Shown here: piece after piece, positions 10,486 to 20,715 of the stretch | Position numbering within the stretch: position 1 is the stretch's first letter | Layout: each line of letters opens with the position of its first letter | Assembly (NCBI GenBank): GCA_002720895.1 | Contig: PBIP01000009.1 | Span: forward strand, 1-48,996 | Length of the DNA: 48,996 bases | Origin: Pelagibacteraceae bacterium | GTDB taxonomy: Bacteria > Pseudomonadota > Alphaproteobacteria > GCA-002720895 | Direction: 5' to 3' | Translations under genes and position numbers: made by a program | Notes under the pieces: generated by a model | What the model saw: only the letters and a program-made list of their open reading frames with translations | The model's database searches: none | What the model was told of the DNA's origin: nothing

Positions 10486-11391
10486 ATGGTAAACAAAATA
10501 AAAATTTTTAGTAAAAAAAAAAATCAAATATCGCGATCTAGAGCTTCAGCTTTAAATAGTGATTATGATTATCTATTTGATGAAGTAAACAATCGTTTAT
10601 TTGATAGATTAAATTTTATTAAACGTAAATTTACAAATACTTTAGAGCTTGGTTCAAGGACTGGAAATACAATAAATCTATTTAATAAGAAAAAAGATAT
10701 CAAAAATATTTTTATATCTGATATTTCAAATGAAATGTTAAAAATAGCTAAAAAAAAACAATCAGATAAAAAAATAGAATTTTTATCTATAGATGAAGAA
10801 AATCTGCCTTTTGAAAGTAACAAATTTAATTTAGTCTTTAGTAATTTATATTTACATTGGTCTAATGATTTATTAAAAGTTTTAAATGAAATATATAGAG
10901 TTTTAAAACCTGATGGCTTATTTTTATGTAGTATTTTTGGAAGCGAAACATTAAATGAATTAAAATATTCTTTATGTGAAGCAGAAGAAAAAATTTCAAA
11001 AAGTATTTACCCTAGAGTCTCGCCTTTTGTAAGATTGCAAGATGCTGGTGGATTATTGCAAAAAATTGGTTTTCAATTACCAGTGATTGATAAAGATTCT
11101 ATAAAAATATTCTATAAAGATATTTTTGCTTTAATGAAAGATTTAAAAGGTATGGGAGAAAGTAATAGCTTAATTGATAGAAAAAAAAATTTTACATCAA
11201 AAAAACTTTTTAATGTAGCGAATGATATTTATAAAAAAAAGTTTTCTGAAAATAATAAAATTTATGCAACTTTTGAAATATTATATTTTATTGGTTGGAC
11301 AAAACATTCTAGTCAACAAAAACCCAAAAAACCTGGTTCTGCAAACCGTAGATTATCTGATGCTCTGTTCTCTAAAGAAGAAAAACTTTGA
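10486..11391 (+). CDS. class I SAM-dependent methyltransferase (BioC/NDUFAF5-like)
   Basis: 301 aa. Methyltransferase-11 type motifs (LELGSRTG, FNLVFSNLYLHWSNDL, LKPDGLF). Confidence 0.75.
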   Translation: MVNKIKIFSKKKNQISRSRASALNSDYDYLFDEVNNRLFDRLNFIKRKFTNTLELGSRTGNTINLFNKKKDIKNIFISDISNEMLKIAKKKQSDKKIEFLSIDEENLPFESNKFNLVFSNLYLHWSNDLLKVLNEIYRVLKPDGLFLCSIFGSETLNELKYSLCEAEEKISKSIYPRVSPFVRLQDAGGLLQKIGFQLPVIDKDSIKIFYKDIFALMKDLKGMGESNSLIDRKKNFTSKKLFNVANDIYKKKFSENNKIYATFEILYFIGWTKHSSQQKPKKPGSANRRLSDALFSKEEKL

Positions 11392-11394
11392 AAT

Positions 11395-11805
11395 TTATTT
11401 TTTTTTTAAATTTATTAACTCTAAAATGAACTTATTGCTACCTGGTAAAAATTTATAATTTTTTAATTTACTTATTTCAACCCACATAATATTTTGGTTT
11501 AAATTGGAGGATGGAGTTCCTTTCCAGCTTCTACAAATATAAAAAAAAATTATTGCATTAAAATCTTCATATAAGTGATTATTAAAACTTATTGGTTTAA
11601 GAGATTTTTTATTAATATCTAATGATAATTCTTCTTTTATCTCTCTAATAACCGTATCTTCTGGAGCTTCGTTTTTTTTTATTTTGCCGCCAGGAAATTC
11701 CCAGTGATTAGATAAAAAAGATTTTTTTGATCTTAAGGATATTAGTACTTTGCCTTGCCAATCAATAAGCGCAACTGTGGAAACATATATATTTTTTTTC
11801 TTCAA
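11395..11805 (-). CDS. mutT: Nudix hydrolase, MutT-like
   Basis: 136 aa. Nudix box GGKIKKNEAPEDTVIREIKEELSL. It is adjacent to argJ and opposite secA, a common alphaproteobacterial arrangement. Confidence 0.8.
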   Translation of the reverse strand: MKKKNIYVSTVALIDWQGKVLISLRSKKSFLSNHWEFPGGKIKKNEAPEDTVIREIKEELSLDINKKSLKPISFNNHLYEDFNAIIFFYICRSWKGTPSSNLNQNIMWVEISKLKNYKFLPGSNKFILELINLKKK

Positions 11806-13014
11806 TTAACTTAGATAATTAGTATTAATTTCTATATATTTATTTGTTAAATCACATGTGTAAACTTCTGATACACTTCTTCCATTGTTTAAATCAATTT
11901 CTAGCAACAATTCTTTCTTATTCATATATTTTATTAACCTCTTATCGTTATTATTTATTACTAAAACTCCTTTCTTCACAATTAAATAGTTGCCAAGGTA
12001 AAAAGATATTTTATCTTGATTGATTTTTTCATTTGATTTACCAATAGCCATAAAAATTCTTCCAAAATTAAGTTCATTGGAGCTAAAAAGTGTTTTGACA
12101 AGAACTGAGTTAGCAATTGAAAATGCTATTTTTTTAGCTGATAAATAACTTTTTGCATTTTTAACAACTATTTTTATTAGTTTTTTTGCACCCTCTCCGT
12201 CTTTAACAATTTGTTTTGCTAAATCTAATAACAAACAATTAAATTCTTTAGAAAATTTTTTATATTTTTGACTTTTTGGAGAGTTTATATTTACATTCCT
12301 ATTTTTGCAAGTTGCTGAAAAAAAAACACTATCACTTGTAGATGTATCACCATCTACAGTTATACTATTAAATGAATCTTGTACTCCGTTTATAAGAATC
12401 TTTTTTAAAATTTTTTTTGGTATACATGCGTCTGTAAATATAAAAGCTAGCATTGTTCCCATATTTGGGTAAATCATCCCGGATCCTTTAGCAACCGCAG
12501 TCAGAGAAATATTTTCTTTACCAAATCTAATTTTTTTAGTAGCAAACTTTGGCACAGTATCTGTTGTCATTATCGACTCACAAAAACTATTCCAACTACA
12601 ACATTTTTTTTTTGATTTTTCTATTAATTTAGGAATTAAAAAATTTATTTTCTTATAATTTAGTTGTTCTCCAATAACTCCCGTGGAAGCAACAAGAATA
12701 TTCTTGGTTGAACAACCAATGTTACTAGCAATTTTTCCGACATAATTCTTAATAGCTATTAGTCCTTTTTTACCAGTTAAAGCATTTGCGTTGCCTGAAT
12801 TTACAACTATTGCTTTAATATTATTTTGTAAATTTTTTTTTGACCATTTTACAGGTTCTGAAATTGTTTTTGAAGAAGTGAAAACTGCAGCAGTTGTAGA
12901 ATTATCTTCTAACTGTATGATAACAAAATCCTTTTTTTTCTTTTCTTTAAAGCCACAACTGCCTGTCGAAAATAATATGCCGTTTATATTGTTCATTTTA
13001 AGTCTTTTTTTCAT
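11806..13014 (-). CDS. argJ: bifunctional ornithine acetyltransferase / N-acetylglutamate synthase
   Basis: 402 aa. ArgJ autoprocessing region PNMGTMLAFIFTDA and C-terminal NxxYxS-type ending. Confidence 0.93.
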   Translation of the reverse strand: MKKRLKMNNINGILFSTGSCGFKEKKKKDFVIIQLEDNSTTAAVFTSSKTISEPVKWSKKNLQNNIKAIVVNSGNANALTGKKGLIAIKNYVGKIASNIGCSTKNILVASTGVIGEQLNYKKINFLIPKLIEKSKKKCCSWNSFCESIMTTDTVPKFATKKIRFGKENISLTAVAKGSGMIYPNMGTMLAFIFTDACIPKKILKKILINGVQDSFNSITVDGDTSTSDSVFFSATCKNRNVNINSPKSQKYKKFSKEFNCLLLDLAKQIVKDGEGAKKLIKIVVKNAKSYLSAKKIAFSIANSVLVKTLFSSNELNFGRIFMAIGKSNEKINQDKISFYLGNYLIVKKGVLVINNNDKRLIKYMNKKELLLEIDLNNGRSVSEVYTCDLTNKYIEINTNYLS

Positions 13015-13127
13015 TTTTTATAAAAAATTTATTCATATTTAAAAAATTATATAGGATCTTATATATCTTGTAATTAGGAATTATATAAATATTCTCAATT
13101 AAATATTTATTTATTAAATATAAAAAT

Positions 13128-15749
13128 ATGTTTTTAAAATTTGCAAAAAAAATTTTTGGAAGTGCTAATGATAGATTTATTAGCAAACTTCAAAAACAAG
13201 TCGATGAAATTAATAAATTAGAAAAAAATTTTGAGAAATTAAGCGATAAAGAGCTTAAAAATAAGACTAAAGAATTCAAATCACGACTAGATAAAAAAGA
13301 ATCTTTAGATTCATTGCTTATAGAAGCGTTTGCAACTGTAAGAGAAGCTTCGAAAAGAACGCTTAAGCAAAGACATTTTGATGTTCAATTGATTGGTGGA
13401 ATGGTCTTGCATAAAGGAATGGTTGCTGAAATGAAAACAGGTGAAGGTAAAACCTTAGTTGCAACTTTACCGGCATATTTAAACTCTTTAGGAAATAAAG
13501 GTGTGCACATAGTAACTGTTAATGATTATCTTGCCAAAAGAGACTCTGAGTGGATGGGAGAAGTATATAAATTCTTAGGTTTGACTGTTAGTTGTATAAC
13601 TGGAGGTTTGGACGATGAAGAAAGAAAAAAAGCGTATGAATGCGATATAACCTATGGAACAAATAATGAATTTGGTTTTGATTATTTGAGAGATAATATG
13701 AAATATTCAAAAGATACTCTTGTTCAAAAAAAACAAAATTTTGCTATTGTCGATGAAGTAGACAATATCTTAATTGATGAAGCAAGAACTCCATTAATAA
13801 TTTCTGGACCTACTGAAGATACATCTAGTCTATATTCAGAAATAAATCAGTTAATACCAAGGCTAAAAGACGACGAGATTGAGAAAGATGAAAAATCTAA
13901 AAGTGTTAATTTAAATGACAAAGGAGTTGTTGTAATTGAAAAAATTTTAAAAGAAAAAAAACTCTTAAAAAATAACAATTTATTTGACTCAGAAAACATT
14001 GTGGTTCTTCATCATGTAAACCAAGCATTAAGAGCTCATAAATTATTTGAAAAGGATACGGATTATATAGTAAAAAATGATCAAGTAATTATAATTGATG
14101 AATTTACGGGAAGAATGATGGAAGGTAGAAGATTTTCTGAGGGGTTACACCAGGCATTAGAGGCAAAAGAATCAGTAAGTATACAAAATGAAAATCAAAC
14201 ACTAGCCTCAACTTCTTTCCAAAATTATTTTAGATTGTATACAAAGCTTTCTGGTATGACGGGAACTGCGATGACTGAAGCTCCTGAATTACTTGATATT
14301 TATAATCTTCAAGTAATTGAAATACCAACAAATGAAAAATGTATTCGAGATGATAAAGATGACGAAATATATAGAACTAATGTAGAAAAATATAATGCAA
14401 TAGTATCTCAAATTGCAGAATGTAGAAAAAAAAATCAACCTGTATTAGTTGGAACTATTAGTATTGAAAAATCTGAAGAACTATCAAAAATTCTTAAAAA
14501 AAATAGTATTGAGCATAAAATTTTAAACGCAAAATATCATGAACAGGAAGCCTATATAATTGCACAAGCAGGCCAAAAGGGCGCGGTAACAATTGCAACT
14601 AATATGGCTGGAAGAGGAACAGATATACAATTAGGTGGAAACCTAGATATGCAAATAAAAAAATTAGAAATTGAGAATAAAAAAAAATTAGATAAAAAAA
14701 AAATAAATCAAATTGAAAATGAAATTAAAGCAGCAAAAAAAGTTGTAATAAATGCCGGAGGTCTTTTTGTTTTAGGAACTGAAAGACATGAAAGTAGAAG
14801 AATAGATAATCAACTACGTGGAAGATGTGGGAGACAAGGAGATATAGGTGAATCAAAATTTTATATATCTCTTGAAGATGATCTAATGAGAATATTTGGA
14901 TCGGAAAAAATTGATAGTATGCTTAAAACATTAGGTTTAAAAGATGGAGAAGCTATAGCACATAGATGGATCAATAAAGCTTTAGAAAAAGCCCAGCAAA
15001 AAGTTGAGGCAAGAAATTACGATATAAGAAAGTCTTTGCTTAAATTTGATGATGTAATGAATGATCAAAGAAAGGTAATTTATAGCCAAAGAACTAAAAT
15101 TATGGAATCTGAAGATATAAAAGATTTTATTAAAAGTATGAAAATGGATACTTTAAATAATATAATTTCAAAAAATATTCCGAAAGATAGTTATTATGAG
15201 CAATGGAACTTAACAAATCTAGAAAAAGAAGTTGGTGAAATATTTGGTGTTAAAAAAGATTTAAAAGGTATAGCTAAAAAAGAAGGAGTAGCAGATGAAG
15301 AAATTAAAAAATTAATACTTAATGAAATTGAAAAATCAGATTTAAGCAGAGAGAAAAAAATAGGAAAAGAAAATATCAGAAGTGTTGAAAAAAGTTTCTT
15401 GCTTCAAATAATAGATCATGCTTGGAAAGATCATTTGCTTTTTCTTGATTATATGAAACAAGGTATTTCTTTAAGAGCATACGGGCAAAAAGATCCTCTT
15501 AATGAATATAAAAGAGAAGCTTTTGAACTTTTTGAAAATATGCTTATTAATATAAAAAGACATATAAGCAGAGTTCTTAGCAATATACATTTCGAAGAAG
15601 AAAATAAACAGCCAGATGAGGAGGTTTATAAAGATCAAAAATTAGAAAAAAGAAATACTACAACAATAAAAAATTTAAAAATTCCAAGAAATTCCCCATG
15701 TTCTTGTGGATCGGGAAAAAAATATAAGCATTGTTGCGGTAAAATTTAA
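13128..15749 (+). CDS. secA: preprotein translocase ATPase SecA
   Basis: 873 aa. Walker [13 protein letters not shown]-like [19 protein letters not shown], and C-terminal zinc finger [14 protein letters not shown]. Confidence 0.98.
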   Translation: MFLKFAKKIFGSANDRFISKLQKQVDEINKLEKNFEKLSDKELKNKTKEFKSRLDKKESLDSLLIEAFATVREASKRTLKQRHFDVQLIGGMVLHKGMVAEMKTGEGKTLVATLPAYLNSLGNKGVHIVTVNDYLAKRDSEWMGEVYKFLGLTVSCITGGLDDEERKKAYECDITYGTNNEFGFDYLRDNMKYSKDTLVQKKQNFAIVDEVDNILIDEARTPLIISGPTEDTSSLYSEINQLIPRLKDDEIEKDEKSKSVNLNDKGVVVIEKILKEKKLLKNNNLFDSENIVVLHHVNQALRAHKLFEKDTDYIVKNDQVIIIDEFTGRMMEGRRFSEGLHQALEAKESVSIQNENQTLASTSFQNYFRLYTKLSGMTGTAMTEAPELLDIYNLQVIEIPTNEKCIRDDKDDEIYRTNVEKYNAIVSQIAECRKKNQPVLVGTISIEKSEELSKILKKNSIEHKILNAKYHEQEAYIIAQAGQKGAVTIATNMAGRGTDIQLGGNLDMQIKKLEIENKKKLDKKKINQIENEIKAAKKVVINAGGLFVLGTERHESRRIDNQLRGRCGRQGDIGESKFYISLEDDLMRIFGSEKIDSMLKTLGLKDGEAIAHRWINKALEKAQQKVEARNYDIRKSLLKFDDVMNDQRKVIYSQRTKIMESEDIKDFIKSMKMDTLNNIISKNIPKDSYYEQWNLTNLEKEVGEIFGVKKDLKGIAKKEGVADEEIKKLILNEIEKSDLSREKKIGKENIRSVEKSFLLQIIDHAWKDHLLFLDYMKQGISLRAYGQKDPLNEYKREAFELFENMLINIKRHISRVLSNIHFEEENKQPDEEVYKDQKLEKRNTTTIKNLKIPRNSPCSCGSGKKYKHCCGKI

Positions 15750-15757
15750 TAATTAAT

Positions 15758-16717
15758 TTACTCAGATTTATTTAGAGTCATTAAATATTTTGATTTTCTT
15801 TGATTAAGAAGTTCATTTTTATCTTGTGAGATAATTTGTTTTAAAGTTGTTTTTATTGCGTTTTTAACATTTTTTATGGTTTGAGATGGATTTCTATGAG
15901 CGCCACCAACGGGTTCAGAAATTATACCATCTATAACATTCAATTCTTTTAAATCTTGAGCTGTAATTTTCATAGAAGCCGCTGCTTCTTCCGCATACTT
16001 TGTATCTTTCCACAAAATTGACGCGCAACCTTCAGGTGATATAACTGAATAAACAGAATGTTCTAACATTAAAACTTTATTAGTTGTAGCAATTGCTATA
16101 GCGCCACCTGATCCTCCTTCGCCAACAATTACAGACATTGTTGGAATTTTCAAATTTAAGGAAACTTCTATAGATTGAGCGATTGCCTCAGACTGACCTC
16201 TTTGTTCAGCGCCAACGCCTGGGTAGGCCCCTGGTGTATCAACAAAAGTTATTATAGGAATATCAAATTTTTCTGCTAATTTCATTAATCTAATTGCCTT
16301 TCTATAACCCTCTGGTTTTGCCATACCAAAATTATGCTTTATTCTTCCCTCAGTATTTCTACCTTTTTCATGCCCCATAATCATAACAGAATGTCCATCA
16401 AATGTTGCTAAACCACATAATAACGCAGGATCTTCTTTAAAAGATCTGTCTCCAGACAAAGGTTCAAAATCCTGGAATAATTCCTTAACATAATCTAAAA
16501 AGTGTGGTCTTTCTGGATGCCTAGCAACTTGCAATTTATGCCAAGGTGTAAGTTTTTTATAAATTTCGTTAAGCTTTTTATCTATCTTAACCTTAATGTC
16601 CTCTATTTGCTCGTTTACTTCAACTAAACTTGTTTTATCTGATCCTGAATCTTTTAGTTTCTCAATCTTTTCTTGCAAATCAGAAATAGTCTTTTCAAAA
16701 TCTAGTGTATGTCTCAT
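15758..16717 (-). CDS. accA: acetyl-CoA carboxylase carboxyltransferase alpha subunit
   Basis: 319 aa. AccA motifs FVDTPGAYPGVGAEQRGQSEAIA and GEGGSGGA. Confidence 0.95.
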   Translation of the reverse strand: MRHTLDFEKTISDLQEKIEKLKDSGSDKTSLVEVNEQIEDIKVKIDKKLNEIYKKLTPWHKLQVARHPERPHFLDYVKELFQDFEPLSGDRSFKEDPALLCGLATFDGHSVMIMGHEKGRNTEGRIKHNFGMAKPEGYRKAIRLMKLAEKFDIPIITFVDTPGAYPGVGAEQRGQSEAIAQSIEVSLNLKIPTMSVIVGEGGSGGAIAIATTNKVLMLEHSVYSVISPEGCASILWKDTKYAEEAAASMKITAQDLKELNVIDGIISEPVGGAHRNPSQTIKNVKNAIKTTLKQIISQDKNELLNQRKSKYLMTLNKSE

Positions 16718-17695
16718 TTATTTTTTATTAATTAATTCAGCTTTTTGAACCATAACTGTTGCTTGTCTAACAGAGGCTAAATCTATCAATCGGCCATCCA
16801 AAGAAGCTGCGCCTTTTCCTTGCTTTTGCGCTTCTTCCATTGCCTCTAAAATTCTTTTTGCTTTAGTAACCTCTTCTTCTGGAGGTGTAAAAATTTTATT
16901 AGCTAAGTCAATTTGCGATGGATGAATTGCCCATTTACCTTCACATCCTAAAACAGCAGCTCTATTAGCTGAAGAATCGTAAGCATCAGGATCTTTTATT
17001 TCACCAAAAGGTCCATCGACTGGTCTTAGACCAGCTGCTCTTGCAGCAATCACCATCCTACTTAGAGGGTAGTGCCACATGTCGCTCCAAACAACATCTC
17101 TTTTGCCAGATTTATCAGGATCTGTTAAAACTGAGTATTTTGGATTTTGCGTACCAATTCCAGTTGTTTTTGCTTTAGTTGAAGCCGCATAATCTGCTAT
17201 ACCAAAATGCAAAGATTCATTTCTTTTGCTAGCAGTAGCAATTTCATAAACATTTTGCATACCAAGAGCAGTTTCGATAATCATTTCAAAACCAATCTTT
17301 TTTTTTCTTTTCATATAATTTTCTGCTTGCGTCACAAGCATATCAACTGCATAGACATCGTGCGCTGTACCTACTTTAGGAATCATTATTAAATCAAGTC
17401 TTTCCCCACCTTTTTCGATAACATCAACTACATCTCTATACATATAATGAGTATCTAACCCATTAATTCTTACTGACATTACTTTATTGCCCCAATCAAC
17501 GTCATTAAGTGCTTGGATTATATTTTCTCTTGCCTTTTCTTTATCATCAGGAGCCACTGCATCTTCTAAATCAAGAAAAATTACATCAGCAGGAGATTTA
17601 GCAGCCTTTTCAAAAAAATCTGGTGAACTTCCAGGAACTGCCAATTCACTTCTATTTAACCTTGTTGTTGCTTGTTCTACTTCAAAAAAACTCAT
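16718..17695 (-). CDS. mcl: L-malyl-CoA/beta-methylmalyl-CoA lyase (HpcH/HpaI, CitE-like)
   Basis: 325 aa. The N-terminal half (NRSELAVPGSSPDFFEKAAKSPADVIFLDLEDAVAPDDKEKAR...VRINGLDTHYMYRDVVDV) closely resembles Mcl1 of Rhodobacter and Methylobacterium, as I recall those sequences. Confidence 0.82.
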   Translation of the reverse strand: MSFFEVEQATTRLNRSELAVPGSSPDFFEKAAKSPADVIFLDLEDAVAPDDKEKARENIIQALNDVDWGNKVMSVRINGLDTHYMYRDVVDVIEKGGERLDLIMIPKVGTAHDVYAVDMLVTQAENYMKRKKKIGFEMIIETALGMQNVYEIATASKRNESLHFGIADYAASTKAKTTGIGTQNPKYSVLTDPDKSGKRDVVWSDMWHYPLSRMVIAARAAGLRPVDGPFGEIKDPDAYDSSANRAAVLGCEGKWAIHPSQIDLANKIFTPPEEEVTKAKRILEAMEEAQKQGKGAASLDGRLIDLASVRQATVMVQKAELINKK

Positions 17696-17750
17696 TTTAT
17701 TACCTTTCGTTTTTATTTTTAATAATTAATACCACTAGAATATACAAATA

Positions 17751-18680
17751 TCATGCAATATTTTCACTACTTTTATTTAAAGGATGATAATTTTCTATTG
17801 TCTCAATTAATTTTTCACGATGTTCTGTGTATTTTTGAGTTGTAATTATACTTGAATGTCCTAATAATTTTTGAACTACTCTAATATCTGCCCCAGAATT
17901 TAATAAATTATTGCCAAATGCATGTCTAAATGAATGAGGATGCATTAAATTTCTATCAATTTTTATTTGATCTGCCAGATTATGCATTATTTGTAATACT
18001 CTTCGTCTTGTTAAAAATTCACTTGTATTTGTAGAAGGAAAAAGCCAGGGGGTGTCTTTTTTTTGAAAATGAACTCTTCTAGATTCTAAATATTTTTCAA
18101 ATACTTCTTTTGTTTGACTTCCAAAAAAAACTATTCTTTCTTTTCTAGTTTTTCCTTTTTCAAACGGATCAATAAGTATTTTTTTATTTATTAGATCAAC
18201 ATTATTAGTTTTAATTGAAATTAATTCAGAAACTCTAACTCCAGTTGTATATAAAAGTTCAATAATTAGGTAAGATCTAAGATCTCTATAATTATTTGTT
18301 TTTTGTGAAACAAAACTTATTATTTTTTCAATTTGCTCTTTGGTTAATGTGATTGATAAGGTATTTTCTGATTTTGGAATATCTATTTTTTCTATAGGAT
18401 TTTTTTTTATAATTTTTTCTGAAATTAAAAATTTATAAAATCTTTTCAAAGCAAAAATTTTTCTTGATGTAGATTTATTTTTTATATGTTTTTGTTTTAA
18501 ACTTTCAAGAAAATCTAAAACATCTTTTTTTTTAACTGATTTAAATGTTTTTTTTTTTTTTTTTATAAAATTATTAAATTGATCAATATCATATTTATAT
18601 GAAACAACTGTATTTTTATGTACGCCATCTTCAGAATTTAATGTTTGCACAAAATGTTTTAATTCTTCTTCCATTTTCAT
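17751..18680 (-). CDS. xerD: tyrosine site-specific recombinase, XerD-like
   Basis: 309 aa. Catalytic R (TGVRVSEL), HxxR (HSFRHAF), H (LLGHSS) and Y (TQKYTE). It is divergent from aroK-aroB, as in many alphaproteobacteria. Confidence 0.85.
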   Translation of the reverse strand: MKMEEELKHFVQTLNSEDGVHKNTVVSYKYDIDQFNNFIKKKKKTFKSVKKKDVLDFLESLKQKHIKNKSTSRKIFALKRFYKFLISEKIIKKNPIEKIDIPKSENTLSITLTKEQIEKIISFVSQKTNNYRDLRSYLIIELLYTTGVRVSELISIKTNNVDLINKKILIDPFEKGKTRKERIVFFGSQTKEVFEKYLESRRVHFQKKDTPWLFPSTNTSEFLTRRRVLQIMHNLADQIKIDRNLMHPHSFRHAFGNNLLNSGADIRVVQKLLGHSSIITTQKYTEHREKLIETIENYHPLNKSSENIA

Positions 18681-18683
18681 TAA

Positions 18684-20450
18684 CTATCTCTCAATCAATG
18701 TTTCAATGACCAAGTCAAAAGCTTTTTCTTCTAGACCTATTTGATTTAGTGCACTAATAGTATTTTGCAAGAAAAAAGGGTGTAGTTGATTGAAATTTTT
18801 ACCATTAAGAGACATTAATATTAATAGTATAGTTTCTCCTATTTTATTATTTTCAGAAGAATATTTAAGCAGCGATATTAAAGAGGAATTTGGCAATTGT
18901 TTAGTATCCAATTGCTGATTATCTAAATTTATAAGCCAAAATTCAGGGCTAATTTTAAGTCCAAAAGTTTCTAATATATAAAAACCAACTGTATTAAAAG
19001 ATAATATTTCATTATTTGATTTAAATCTATTCATAGATTTTATTAGATCGATTTGACTAACATTTTTATATTCTTTTTCATTATTTTTTAAATTATAGAA
19101 CTCAATAATCACCCACATTTCTACAAATTTATTAAATAACTCTATATTTTTTTCACTTTCTTTCTTTAAAATTTCATACCATTTTATTGCTTCATCTGTT
19201 TTGTTAGTAACTAATAATGATTTAGTAGCATACTCAGCAAACCAAGATAAATTCTTTGATGGTTTAATTTCTAACAATGAATTTAAATTTAAATTAGAAA
19301 TTAATCTGAAATTACCATTTATAAGAGCAAGTTCTAAAGATTTTTTTATAATTTTAGCTCTTTTTTCATCATTCTCTTCAGCAATTGCCATTTGAAATAA
19401 TATCGCTTGTGTCTCAGAACCAAGTATAATATTGTCATCTAAAGAAATTTTTTTGTCTTTTTCTTTAACATCATAACTATTATAAATTTCTTCAATTACT
19501 TCTATTGGTAAATTTAAAAGTTTTTTTGATTTTTCTATTGCTTCAATTCTAATTTTGATTGGGACATTGGGCATTCTATAAATCATAGCTAGAAATAAAG
19601 GATCTTCTTTTAATATATAGCTTTCTTTTATACTTATGTTTGCAACTCTGGTCATAACTAAATTTAAAAGATTTAAATCGTTTAAATTTTCATCAGTAAT
19701 TTCTTCTTTATATAAAAGGCTATCAATTATCTTTAAAAAATTATCATCGTTAAAATCTTCCTCATCTTTTAACAAAGTCAGTGATAAATTAGCTTTATTA
19801 ACTTCATCATTAAGTATCAAGCAAAATATCTCGATTTTTCTCCAGAATAAATTTTCTTTAAATTTTTCTCTTTTTTCATCTATACCTGAACAAACTAAAT
19901 CAAAATTGTTTAAAGATAAATTTAGTTCAGTTTGTTTAATCAAAATTTTTTCATTATCATTTGCATTTATTAAATCTATTAAAGATTTTGCATTATCAAA
20001 ATCTCCAAGCTCTATTAGTTTGTTTATTCTTATTAAAAAAAAATTAGTATTGTCTTTTACTTCAGGTAATTCTGCATTGGATAAGAGTAGTTGTTTTAAT
20101 AGTTCTATTGCTAAATTAGATTCTTTATTTGTTGGTAAATTCTCCAAATAATCTTGAATAATATTTATTTCAGAATCTCTCCACATATCATAACCGAGTC
20201 CTCCTTCCTCTTTGGTTAATGTCCCCACTGTATTAATATCAATTTCTTTTAACTCTTGTATTTTAAATTTATCATCACTTTCAGAAATTTCGTTATCCTT
20301 TTTATCGACATCTATTTCCTCTATTTCATTAACTTCAATATTTCTTTTCCATCCCCCCGCGCTCATTTCACTATCGCCTAAGCCTGCATATATTTTATTA
20401 GGAGTGGATAATAAAAAGATTATTAAAAGAAGTTTTTTAATGATTTTCAT
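18684..20450 (-). CDS. exported helical-repeat protein of unknown function
   Basis: The long ORF is 591 aa from a TTG and 588 aa from the ATG at 20450. Signal peptide MKIIKKLLLIIFLLSTPNKIYA. No motif that I recognise. Confidence 0.7.
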   Translation of the reverse strand: MKIIKKLLLIIFLLSTPNKIYAGLGDSEMSAGGWKRNIEVNEIEEIDVDKKDNEISESDDKFKIQELKEIDINTVGTLTKEEGGLGYDMWRDSEINIIQDYLENLPTNKESNLAIELLKQLLLSNAELPEVKDNTNFFLIRINKLIELGDFDNAKSLIDLINANDNEKILIKQTELNLSLNNFDLVCSGIDEKREKFKENLFWRKIEIFCLILNDEVNKANLSLTLLKDEEDFNDDNFLKIIDSLLYKEEITDENLNDLNLLNLVMTRVANISIKESYILKEDPLFLAMIYRMPNVPIKIRIEAIEKSKKLLNLPIEVIEEIYNSYDVKEKDKKISLDDNIILGSETQAILFQMAIAEENDEKRAKIIKKSLELALINGNFRLISNLNLNSLLEIKPSKNLSWFAEYATKSLLVTNKTDEAIKWYEILKKESEKNIELFNKFVEMWVIIEFYNLKNNEKEYKNVSQIDLIKSMNRFKSNNEILSFNTVGFYILETFGLKISPEFWLINLDNQQLDTKQLPNSSLISLLKYSSENNKIGETILLILMSLNGKNFNQLHPFFLQNTISALNQIGLEEKAFDLVIETLIER

Positions 20451-20475
20451 TCGAAACAATTATTAAACAAATTAA

Positions 20476-20640
20476 CTATTTTTTATATTGTTCTATTTCA
20501 ATAATTTTTTCAACTTTTGTCTTTGGTATAGGAACGAACCATTCTAAGAAAAAAAATAAAGTTATTAGAATTAAAACGATAAATACTAATAAAATATTCA
20601 TTTTTTTTTCAAAAAAGTTTTTTTTACGACTTTTAAACAT
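20476..20640 (-). CDS. possible small single-pass membrane protein (54 aa)
   Basis: My own translation, as it is below the ORF-track cutoff: MFKSRKKNFFEKKMNILLVFIVLILITLFFFLEWFVPIPKTKVEKIIEIEQYKK*. It has a positively charged N-terminus and one hydrophobic helix. It is co-directional with the exported protein gene and 25 nt upstream of it. Confidence 0.35.
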   Translation of the reverse strand: MFKSRKKNFFEKKMNILLVFIVLILITLFFFLEWFVPIPKTKVEKIIEIEQYKK

Positions 20641-20715
20641 TATATATAAATAATTATAATTAAAGTAATACCTTAAGTATATTTTATCAAAAGAAAAAGA
20701 ATTGTTTTCAAAATT

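Noticed and set aside
12998-13186. A 62-aa minus-strand ORF spanning the argJ/secA divergent intergenic region.
   Set aside because: It overlaps both the argJ start and the secA start. The translation is low-complexity and Ile/Asn/Tyr/Lys-rich, typical of AT-rich noncoding DNA.
17751-18680. The tyrosine recombinase might mark an integrated mobile element or genomic island.
   Set aside because: There is no adjacent tRNA, no flanking direct repeats, and no phage or transposon genes. The sequence and the conserved xerD/aroK-aroB context fit the housekeeping XerD.
19636-20151. A 171-aa plus-strand ORF antisense to the 588-aa exported protein gene. Similar antisense ORFs lie at 828-1115, 6352-6660, 28271-28627, 29387-29719, 29780-30082 and 36762-37079.
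   Set aside because: The translations are low-complexity and Ser/Phe/Leu-rich, as expected from the reverse complement of Lys/Glu/Asn-rich genes. All are fully nested in well-supported genes. These are shadow ORFs.
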